Source: Raja brachyura (lineage: Eukaryota). From it: 64,000 nt of DNA. This document shows, piece by piece, positions 11,180 through 21,761 of this stretch. A model generated the notes under the pieces. It searched no databases and was not told the origin of the DNA. It saw nothing but the letters and a program-made list of their open reading frames with translations. A program made the translations under genes and the position numbers. Each line of letters starts with the position of its first letter. The first letter of the stretch is position 1. The stretch is from positions 27,466,001-27,530,000 of the forward strand of contig OY740799.1 of NCBI GenBank assembly GCA_963514005.1, given 5' to 3'.

Positions 11180-12330
11180 ATTACATAGAATCACAGAAAA
11201 TTTATGACAGGGGGGCGTTCGATCCATTTTGTCCATGAAAATTGAAGGAATTACACAATCTAACCCCATTTTCCATCACTGATTCCGTAAACTCTGCGGG
11301 ATATCTCTGCTCTTCAAGAGCACAAACAAGTGTTGTGTAAATGTGATGAGTGTTTCTGCCCTCACCACCCTTTCTGGCAGTGAATTGCATAACCAGATCA
11401 CCATTTGGGTGAAAAGTTTGTATGTGAGCAACTACTTTAAAGCTATGATCAATGGTCTTTAACCTTGCAGCAGTGGGAAATAGGTCCTTACTAGTTACCC
11501 AGTCAAGGCCCCGCACTTAATTTTAGATATCTCAGACAAGTCTCTTCCCAGCCTTCTCTTTTCCAGAGATAACAAATGCAGCCTATCCATTTAGGTCTAT
11601 CTAACCTATTTAGCCTATCAGCCTATTTAGGGTGGCACAGTGGTAGAGTTGCTGCCTTACAGTGCCACAGATCCAGATTCAATCATGATTACAAGTTCTG
11701 TCTGTACAGAGTTTATACGTTCGCCCTGTGGGTTTTCTCTGGGAGCCCAGGTTTCCTCCCACACTCCAAAGACGTATAGGTTTGTTGGATAATTGGCCTC
11801 TGTTAATTGTAAATTGTCCCTAGTGTGTAGGACTAATGCTAGTGTATGGGGCTATCGCTGGTTGGCACGCCCGGTGGGCCAAAGGGCCTGTTTCTAAGCT
11901 GCATCTCGAAAGCCTAAAGTAAAGTCTAACCAATTACTAAAACTTCTCAGTACTGGCAACATCCTCATAAATCCTTGCTGCACTCTCTCTAATGTAATCA
12001 CACATTTCCTACAGTGCAGTGACCAGGAATATGCAATGTACTTAAGCTGCTATCTGATGAGTGTTGATGAAACCGAACCTTTGCTAATAATGGAAAATAT
12101 CCGGTATGCCATTTTGACAATCTTATCAGCCTATCCTTTGAAGGGTCGGTGAACATGCATTCTACACTCCCTCCGTTTTCCCACTGCAGTCATTTCCTTG
12201 GCTGGACACATCCCCCTCAAATGAAATACCTCACATTTGCTGAACTAATGACCAGATCATCTACATCACTCTTCAATCTAAAGGTATCCTCCACATACTT
12301 AACCTCATGGCCAATTTTTTGAGAGTATAT
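11180..12330 (-). mobile_element. Old CR1 3' region, interrupted by a SINE at 11630-11925
   Basis: ORF 11202-11516 MRGLDWVTSKDLFP.. resembles the CR1 C-terminus MRGIDRVNVDKLFP. Confidence 0.65.
11630..11925 (+). mobile_element. HE1/V-SINE-type SINE
   Basis: gggtggcacagtggtagagttgctgcc head; ttcctcccacactccaaagac core; gggccaaagggcctgtttc tail. Confidence 0.85.
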
Positions 12331-12697
12331 GAATTATATAACTGTTGAGAAGCAAGTACACTCTGCCAAACAAATGGCATACTGCAATTAAACTGCTGAA
12401 AATGATCCCACGTGAAAAATACGTAAAGATATTAATCTGTGCAAGATTACCCCGAGTACTGCAATGCACAACATCATTCAGCTACGTTGTTAAGATTTGC
12501 TCTTTCCTTGCAAGACTAATGACACTATACAGAAGGATAGTGCTTTCAACAAATTACTGGTTGACAGCATCTCTATAGAATTTAAACTTTATTGTTAGGG
12601 ACTGAAGAATTCTCAGATGGAATGACTATTTATTTATCATCGATAAGCAGAATTGTGAAACATCAAATTACAACATCAAAGTAAGGAAATTACTTAC

Positions 12698-12766
12698 TTT
12701 TTGTGTCAATGGAGTAGTTATTGAAATTCCCATTCCTGATCCAGGTAAAACGGACAGAACTTTATA
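12698..12766 (-). CDS. GRAMD4: GRAMD4 coding exon (GRAM domain)
   Basis: tgtcccacag|..|gtaagt; 69 nt; YKVLSVLPGSGMGISITTPLTQK. Confidence 0.95.
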
Positions 12767-13224
12767 CTGTGGGACAAACAGAACAATGGGAGAGGTTTAA
12801 AATAAAAGCAAATACGTTTTAGGCGATGAGATTGCATTTTAAGTTATTCCCAGATCAATAAAAATGGCCTAGATACCAAAAAAAAAAAATTCAAGAGTCC
12901 CACATCCCACCTGCAGTGGAACAGGATTTTATTTAGATTCCACTGCAGTGGATTCTGGTCTCAGTTTCGGCGCTGGATTTGTGAACTATTGATTTCAACT
13001 TGGAAGGTAAAACCGACGGGGAAAAAAAAAATAAAAAGGAGATGCTACTGATGGCAAATATGTTATTAAAATATTACCAGGGTATTGTTTAACATCTTTA
13101 AGGATTTTTAGCCAATTTTGTTTTAACATAATTTAATATATTGTTTTTGCTCTTTGGGCCAGAACTTACAAGTGTGGGCCTGACACCCCCAGATGCTCCA
13201 CACCCAAATAATGTTGTTCACACA

Positions 13225-13465
13225 TTTTTCACACAGTGGTGAATCTCTGGAATTCTCTGCCACAGAAGGTAGTTGAGGCCACTTCATTGGCTATATTTAA
13301 GAGGGAGTTAGATGTGGCCCTTGTGGCTAAAGGGAACAGGAGGTATGGAGAGAAGGCAGGTACAGGAAACTGAGTTGGATGATCAGCCATGATCATACTG
13401 AATGATGGTGCAGGCTCGAAGGGCCGAATGGCCTACTCCTGCACCTATTTTCTATGTTTCTATGA
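13225..13465 (+). mobile_element. CR1 LINE 3' end
   Basis: gtggtgaatctctggaattctctgcc..gggccgaatggcctactcctgcacc plus (ttctatg)n tail. Confidence 0.85.
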
Positions 13466-14559
13466 TGGTCCAAAGAATCTGGACTCCCGTTCTGATGGGG
13501 ACAGGATTGCCCAAGGTACACTGTAATTTGTAAATTGCTCCAGAAGGAGAGGTTTTTTCGTTGTCATGGTAAACAGGCAGGAAGAGGTTAAGGAATATAG
13601 TGAAACTGATTGGCTGAACTGTATTTATTTCAATGCGAGGAGCATCATGGGTAAAGCAGTTGAACTTAAAGAACCTGAATTAGTGCTTGGGAATGTGATG
13701 TTGCGGCCAGATGTGTACCGAGATGGTTGCGAGAAGGACAGAACTGGTATCTCAACATTCCAGGGTTTCAAGGCAATAGAGAGGTAGGTGAAAAAAGTTG
13801 TTGCTCTAATAATTAAGAAGAATGTCACAGCATCACTCAGAGAGGACATACTGGAGGGTTCATCCACTGAGGCGATATGGGTAGAGAAGGTGCAACCAAT
13901 CTAATGGAATTATACTATAGGCCCCACCATAGCCAGAGGAAATAGAGGAACAGATATGTAGACAGATTGTGGAAAGATGCAAAAATAACCGGGTTGCCAT
14001 AGTGGGGGATATTAATTTCCCCAATATTGATTCCGACTAACATAGTGCAAAAGGCTTAGATGCGGCAGATTTTGTAAGGTGCATCCAAGAGGGTTTCCTG
14101 ATGCAGTATGTGGATGATGCAACTCAAGGAGATACCATACAGGACTTGGTATTAGAAAACAAGCCTGTCCAGGTGACTGTTTCAGTGAAAGTGCATGTTG
14201 AGAACAGTGGTCACAAGTTTTAAGATTGTTTTGAATAGGGTTAATTCTGGACCTTAGGGAAGGTACAACAGTGCCCTCCATAATGTTTGGGACAAAGACC
14301 CATCATTTATTTATTTGCCTCTGTACTCCACAATTTGAGGTTTGTAAGAGAAAAAAAAATCACATGTGGTTAAAGTGCACATAGTCAGATTTTATTAAAG
14401 GGTATTTTTATACATTTTGGTTTCACCATGTAGAAATTACATAGTCCCCCCTGTTTCAAGGCATCATAATGTTTGGGACACATGGCTTCACCGGCATTTG
14501 TTATTGGTCAGGTGTTTAATTGCCTCCTTAATGCAGGTATAAGAGAGCAATCAGCACCA

Positions 14560-15282
14560 ATCCATCATTCCTATACACTCTCTGGACATCATAATTTCTA
14601 GTCATAAATACTTAGGAGTTACTTTGTCTGAAAACATGAAATGGAACAAGCATGTGGAAGGGGCAACAGCCAAAGCCAGCAGTGTCATCGGCTTTCTATG
14701 TTGCAATCTGCATAACGCACCCAAAGAAGTTAAGATCCAAGCATATAAAAGCCTTGTATGTCCACATTACTGCTCCGTGTGGGATCCTTTCACTCAAGGG
14801 AACATCAATAAGATCCAGGCTGTGCAAAACAGAGCAGCAAGGTTCATATCTAACAACTACAAGTGGCAGAGCTCAGTCGGCAGCATGATAAAAGACCTTA
14901 AACTTCATCCACCTGCTACTCGTCGCAGGTTCATCAGACTGACAACATTCCACAAGATCAAGAATACCACTATTGATTTAAAGATTTAACATCCAGTTAA
15001 TCCAAGCACCCATAGGCATGTAAACCAGAAGCTACCAACCTGAAAATGATTTCATTCAGCACGGCACTTCATTAGCACTTTCTAACTCGTTTTTCTTCAT
15101 GACAGCAAGGGATTGGATTACCCTACCAGCAAGCATCAGAGATCTCCAAAACATCAACACATACAAAGATGCGCTCCAAAGGCATCTCCATCTCAACTAG
15201 CACGTTCACCACCATCATAGTGCTGAGTGAAGCTCTACCTAGAGCTTTTCAGCGCATTACATCCAGATCGAGATCCAGACCT
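14560..15282 (+). mobile_element. 5'-truncated non-CR1 LINE (RTEX/Crack/Daphne-like) nested in Tc1
   Basis: ORF 14624-14989 KWNKHV..KASSVIGFL..KIQAYKSLV..CSVWDP..KIQAVQNRAARFI; 3' stem-loop aagctcta-cc-tagagctt and ccagat-like tail. Confidence 0.7.
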
Positions 15283-15660
15283 CGTCTTTCCTCCAGTCTT
15301 TCCATCATCTTTGGAAACTTTCATTGCTGTTTATCAACATGAGGATCAAAGTTGTGCTAATGAAAGTCAAAGAAGCCAGTCAGAGACTGAGAAACAACAT
15401 TTAAACTGTTAGAGACATCAGCCAAACCTTAGGCTTACCAAAATCACCTGTTTGGAAGATCAAGAAGAAAGAGAGCACTGGTGAGCTTACTAATCGCAAA
15501 GGCACTGGCAGGTCAAGGAAGACATCCACAGCTGATGACAGAGGAATTCTCTCTATAATTAAGAAAACCCCCCCAAACACCTGTCCGACAGATCAGAAAC
15601 ACTATTCAGGAGTGGATTTGTCAATGGTCACTGTCCACAGAAGACTTCATGAACAGAAAT

Positions 15661-17059
15661 CAGGCATGACACAGGATACAACTGAAAAAAGAGGAAGAGA
15701 TGGGGGTCAAGGGGGCATTGCCCCCTGGTAGGAATCCGAGGGGCAACGCCCCTGGCAGGGGTAAATGAGGGCAGCACCCCCCCCTATGCAGATTTGTTTT
15801 GCTAATTGTACCTTGAATTGACACTTGTTTTCTTGCTTGTTTACCCTTAATTTCTCGCAGGGTCTTCCACACTCACAGGGACCCCCCCCTTTACCTTTGC
15901 TCACACTCGCAGTGACCCCCTCACTGTTCACACTCACAGGAAACCCCTCACCTTTGCTCACTCACAGGGAACCCCTCACTGCTCACACTCACAGGGACCC
16001 CCCCTTACCTTTGCTCACGCTCACAGGGGCCCCCTCACTGCTCACATTCAAGTGAAACCCCTCACCTTTGCTCAGACTCACAGGGACGTCCCTCACTGCT
16101 CACACTCACAGGGACGTCCCTCACTGCTCACACTCACAGGGACGTCCCTCACTGCTCACACTCACAGGGACGTCCCTCACTGCTCACACTCACAGGGACG
16201 TCCCTCACTGCTCACACTCACAGGGACGTCCCTCACTGCTCACACTCACAGGGACGTCCCTCACTGCTCACACTCACAGGGACGTCCCTCACTGCTCACA
16301 CTCACAGGGACGTCCCTCACTGCTCACACTCACAGGGACGTCCCTCACTGCTCACACTCACAGGGACGTCCCTCACTGCACACACTCACAGGGACCCCCC
16401 TCACTGCTCACACTCACAGGGACCCCCCTCACTACTCGCACTCACAGGGACCCCTTCACTGCTCACAGGAAACCCCTCACCTTTGCTCACTCACAGGGAC
16501 CCCCTCACTGCTCACACTCACAGGGACATCCCCTCACCTTTACTTACACTCAGAGACCTCCCCCTCTGCTCACCAGAGCTCACACACTCTCCCTCTACAT
16601 GCTTTAAAACGATTACAGACACCGACAAGGCCACGGTCCGGCCTTTCCCAGCCCAGTGCCCACTCTCCAGCTGCCGTCCCCTGGGCCGCGGCTACCAGCG
16701 CTAACTGCGTTCCTGGCCCCAGCGTCTTGCTCCACCTGGCCTCGCCTTGTCCCACCCCCCCCCCCCCCCCCCCCCACACCTCTCCTCCAATCACCGCTCT
16801 CTATCCTCAATCCCGCCCCCCCCCCACTTCTGCCTCTGACCGACGCCTCCCTCCTCCAATCATCGCACTGAATCATCATGTCCCGCTCCCCACTGCCTGC
16901 TGACTGACATCCATCTCGCCCAATCGCCGCCCTCAATAATCAGTCCTGCCCCCACTGTTTCGAGGAAAGTCATTTATAGATTTATAGAGATTTAGATTTG
17001 TTTTAACGAATTTCAAAATCCGTGGAAATTCGCGGGTCCGGGGAGAAATCTCCTGCCTG
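15661..17059. mobile_element. Non-autonomous hAT-like DNA element with 6-bp TSD, nested in Tc1
   Basis: TSD agaaat at 15655-15660 and 17060-17065; short TIR caggcatga / tcctgcctg; removing it restores the Tc1 sequence gaacagaaatacagaggctac. Confidence 0.75.
15865..16590. repeat. 28-bp minisatellite (cagggacgtccctcactgctcacactca)n
   Basis: 11 near-identical units starting 16081 to 16361, with degenerate units on both sides. Confidence 0.95.
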
Positions 17060-17808
17060 AGAAATACAGAGGCTACACTGCAAACCACTGCATAGCCGCT
17101 AAAATAGGATGGCCGGATTAGTTTGCCAAGAAGTACTTAAAAGAGCAACCACAGTTCTGGAAAAAAGGTCTTGTGGACGGATGAGACGAAGATTAACTTA
17201 TATCAGAGTGATGGCAAGAGCAAAGTATGGAGGAGGGAAGGAACTGCCCAAGATACAAAGCATACCACCTCATCTGTGAAACACGGTGGTGGGGGTGTTA
17301 TGGCCTGGGCATGTATGTCTGCTGAAGCAACTGACTCACTTATCTTCATTGATGATACAACTGCTGATGATAGTAGCATAATGAATTCTGAAGTGTATAG
17401 ACACATCCTATCTGCTCAAGTTCAAACAAATACCTCAAAACATTGGCCAGCGGTTCATTCTGCAGCAAGACAATGATCCTAAACATACTGCTAATACAAC
17501 AAAGGAGTTTTTCAAAGCTAAAAAAATGGTCAATTCTTGAGTGGCCAAGTCAATCACCCGATCTGAACCCAATTGAGCATGCCTTTTAAATGCAGAAGAG
17601 AAAACTGAAGGGGACTAGCCCCCAAAACAAGCATAAGCTAACGATGGCTGCAATACAGGCCTGGCAGAGCATCACCAGAGAAAACACCCAGCAACTGGTG
17701 CTGTCCATGAATCGCAGACTTCAAGCAGTCATTGCATGCAAAGGATATGCAACAAAATGCTAAACATGACTACTTTAATTTACGTTACACTGCTGTCCCA
17801 AACATTAT

Positions 17809-17847
<39 letters not shown>

Positions 17848-19134
17848 ACTATGTATTACTGCTGTAATTTCTACATGGTGAAACCAAATGTATAAAAATG
17901 GCCTTTATTAAAATCTGACAGTTCACTTTAAACCATGTGATTTTTTTCTATTATAAATCTCAATTTGTGGAGTACAGAGGCAAAAAATAAATGATGGGTC
18001 TTTGTCCCAAACATTATGGAGGGCACTGTGAATTGGAGCAAGGCAGGTAAATTATACAGGAGCTAAGAAGAGTGAATTGGGAACAGTTGTTATTGTTTCT
18101 GCCTCATTTGGCAGTTGTTTAAAGGCCAGTTGATCAAAGTTCAGGGACTGGCATATTCCAATAAGGAGGAGGGATAAGGATGGCAAGGCAAGGTAATGTT
18201 GGATGACCAGAGGTGATAAATTTGGCCAAAAAGAAAAAGGAAATGTATGTAAGGTTAAAGAAGAAGAAATCATAAAGGCCCTTTGAGGAATATAGAGCAA
18301 GGAAGAAAAAAATTCAAGCTGGCGATTAGAAGGTGCAAAAGTGCCATGAAATGTCATTGGTGAGTCAGATTAAAGAAAACCCAAGGATTTTTATGCCTAT
18401 ATTGAAAACGAGAGTAATCAGGGTAAGGTATGATCGCTCAAGGATAAAGGAGGAAAATTGTGCTATAGTCTGGAGATGTAGGCAAAATACTGAACATGTA
18501 CTTTGCATTTGCATCCACCAAGAAGAACATGGAGGTCCGTGAGATCAGTGTGGAGAATAATAATATACGACGCAGCTTGAGATGAGGAGGTGGGGTTTTG
18601 GGGGCTCCTGAACGGCATTGAGGTGGATAAATAACCAGGGACAGATGGGATCTATCCCAGGTTACTAAGGGAGGCGAGAGGAGAGATTGCAGGAGCCTTG
18701 ATGAAGCCCTGTTCCTGCGCTGTTCTCTTCCCCATTCTATCTCTAAAACAACAAAAGTTAAATCAATAAAGTACTTAAAATAATCATGCTTCTTACAGAT
18801 TGTGTAAAATTTGTAATATATCAACAGCAAAAGAGCACACAGCCTTTTCACTTTGGGCGGTTGTGTAGTTTTCAAACCCTTGAATTACATCCCTCAACTT
18901 CACATGGAGCCCTCAAGTCTGATCTTATTCTTCATTATAATGTATCATTGGTACAGAAGATCACATTATAGAAATACATTAAGGTCTTGGCAAGATGATC
19001 AATAAGTAATTTTCATGTGTAGAATCAAGGCTGAACAAACTGAACTCCTCAATTAACATTGAACTCGGATCACTTCAAGAAATGGTGATAATATTATTCA
19101 AATCTTTAAGTATTTTTCTATCATCATTGTTCTC

Positions 19135-21493
19135 CATATAACAATTACAGCACGGAAACAGGCCATCTCGGCCCTTCAAGTCCGTGCCGAACAACTTTTT
19201 TCCCTTAGTCCCACCTGCCTGCACTCATACCATAACCCTCCATACCCTTCTCATCCATATGCCTATCCAATTTATTTTTAAATGATACCAACGAACCTGC
19301 CGCCACCACTTCCACTGGAAGCTCATTCCACACCGCTACCACTCTCTGAGTAAAGAAGTTCCCCCTCATGTTACCCCTAAACCTCTGTCCCTTAATTCTA
19401 AAGTCATGTCCTCTTGTTTGAATCTTCCCTATTCTCAAAGGGAAAAGCTTGTCCACATTAACTCTGTCTATCCCTCTCATCATTTTAAAGACCTCTATCA
19501 AGTCACCCCTTAACCTTCTGCGCTCCAGAGAATAAAGACCTAACTTATTCAACCTATCTCTGTAACTTAGCTGTTGAAACCCAGGCAACATTCTAGTAAA
19601 TCTCCTCTGTACCCTCTCTATTTTGTTGACATCCTTCCTATAATTGGGCGACCAAAATTGTACACCATACTCCAGATTTGGTCTCACCAACGTCTTGTAC
19701 AATTTTAACATTACATCCCAGCTTCTATACTCAATGCTCTGATTTATAAAGGCTAGCATACCAAAAGCTTTCTTTACCACCCTATCTATATGAGATTCTA
19801 CCTTCAAGGAACTATGCACGGTTATTCCCAGATCCCTCTGTTCAACTGTATTCTTCAATTCCCTACCGTTTACCATGCACGTCCTATTTTGATTTGTCCT
19901 GCCAAGGTGTAGCACCTCACATTTATCAGCATTAAACTCCATCTGCCATCTTTCAGCCCATTTTTCCAACTGGCCTAAATCACTCTGTAGACTTTGGAAA
20001 TCCTCTTCATTATCCACAACACCCCCTATCTTGGTATCATCTGCATACTTACTAATCCAATTTACCACCCCTTCATCCAGATCATTGATGTACATGACAA
20101 ACAACAAAGGACCCAACACAGATCCCTGAGGCACCCCACTAGTCACCTGCCTCCAACCCGACAAACAGCCATCCACCATTACCCTCTGGCTTCTCCCATT
20201 CAGCCACTGTTGAATCCATCTTGCTATTCCTGCACTTATACCCAACAGTTGAACCTTCTTAACCAACCTTCCATGAGGAACCTTGTCAAAGGCCTTACTG
20301 AAGTCCATATAGACAACATCCACTGCTTTACCCTCGTCAATTTCCCTAGTAACCTCTTCAAAAAATTCAAGAAGATTAGTCAAACATGACCTTCCAGGCA
20401 TAAATCCATGTTGACTGTTCCTAATTAGACCCTCTTTATCCAGATACTTATATATATTATCTCTAAGTATCTTTTCCATTAATTTGCCCACCACTGAAGT
20501 CAAACTAACCGGTCTATAATTGCTAGGTTTACTTTTAGAACCCTTTTTAAACAATGGAACAACATGCGCAGTACGCCAATCCTCGGGGACTATTCCAGTT
20601 TCTAATGACATTTGAAATATTTCTGTCATAGCCCCGGCTATTTCTACACTAACTTCCCTCAATGTCCTAGGGAATATCCTGTCAGGACCTGGAGACTTAT
20701 CCACTTTTATATTTTTCAAAAGTGCCAGTACTTCTTTTACTTTGAAACTCATAGTATCCATAGCTACTCTACTAGTTTCCCTTACCTCACATAATTCAAT
20801 ATCCTTCTCCTTGGTGAATACCGAAGAAAAGAAATTGTTCAATATCTCCCCCATCTCTTTTGGCTCTGCAGATAGCTGTCCACTCGGTCTCTCCAATGGA
20901 CCAATTTTATCCCTTGTTATCCTTTTGCTATTAACATAGCTGTAGAAACCCTTTGGATTTACTTTCACCTTACTTGCCAAAGCAACCTCATATCTTCTTT
21001 TAGCTTTTCTAATTTCTTTCTTTAGATTCTTTTTACATTCCTTATACTCCTCAAGCACATCATTTACTTCATGCTGCCTATAATTATTGTAGATCTCCCT
21101 CTTTTTCCGAACAAGATGTCCAATTTCCCTTGAAAACCAGGGCTCTTTCCAATTTTTACTGGTTCCTTTCAACTGAACAGGAACATAAAGATTTTGTACT
21201 CTTAAAATTTCCCCTTTAAATGTCCTCCATTTCTCCTCTACATCTTTCCCATAAAACAAAATGTCCCAGTTCACTCCTTTTAAATCATCTCGCATCTCGT
21301 TAAAGTTAGCCTTTCTCCAATCAAAAATCTCAACCCTAGGCCCAGTTCTGTCCTTCTCCATAATTATATTGAAACTAATGGTATTGTGATCACTGGACCC
21401 GAAGTGCTCCCCTACGCATACCTCCACCACCTGTCCCGTCTCATTTCCTAACAGGAGGTCCAGCACTGCCCCTCCTCTAGTAGGCACCTCCAA
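19135..21493 (-). mobile_element. Young 5'-truncated CR1/HER1 LINE with uninterrupted RT reading frame
   Basis: ORF 19205-21511 (768 aa): NYRPVSLTS, QHGFMPGRSC, DFSKAFDKV, GVPQGSVLGPLLF, YADD; 3'UTR and tail intact; lacks most of the endonuclease. Confidence 0.95.
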
Positions 21494-21676
21494 TAACAGA
21501 AAATTTGTCAAAATTAAGGGATTTTAAACATTAATATAAAAGCTGCAATATAAAATATCTGGAAACATTACATGCAACTCTTGGTGAAATACACATAAAC
21601 ATTCAAGTAGAAGTACACTCATATTAAACAAAAAGCTAAAACAAAATTCCATATTCAAAAATCTGGTCAGACATAC

Positions 21677-21761
21677 CTTTTGAATTTCTGTAATTTCTTT
21701 TAGTTTTATTATCTTATTTTTCTTGGATGACCCAGACCTGGAGCTTTCAAAGCATAAATAA
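21677..21761 (-). CDS. GRAMD4: GRAMD4 coding exon (GRAM domain)
   Basis: ctttttctccag|..|gtatgt; 85 nt; YLCFESSRSGSSKKNKIIKLKEITEIQK. Confidence 0.96.

Larger units (their letters stand above)
14269..18028 (+). mobile_element. Tc1-family DNA transposon (defective) carrying two nested insertions
   Basis: Long TIRs cagtgccctccataatgtttgggacaaagacccatc../..tttgtcccaaacattatggagggcactg; transposase pieces [37 protein letters not shown]. Confidence 0.92.
13600..18710 (+). mobile_element. Degenerate CR1 (endonuclease and linker region) split by a Tc1 insertion at 14269-18028
   Basis: LNCIYFNARSIMGK at the 5' end; endonuclease motif sequence gtgggggatattaatttcccc; CR1 sequence resumes after 18028. 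Confidence 0.8.

Noticed and set aside
16052-16903. 283-aa and 179-aa ORFs with periodic His/Thr motifs; CRISPR-like regularity
   Set aside because: Translations of a stop-free 28-bp minisatellite; units are head-to-tail with no unique spacers, there are no cas genes, and the context is eukaryotic.
17809-17846. Long poly-G runs (also near 6281, 16756, 28424, 28500, 29537 and 36701) as G-quadruplex elements
   Set aside because: Mostly inside repeats; homopolymer lengths are error-prone; no evidence of function.
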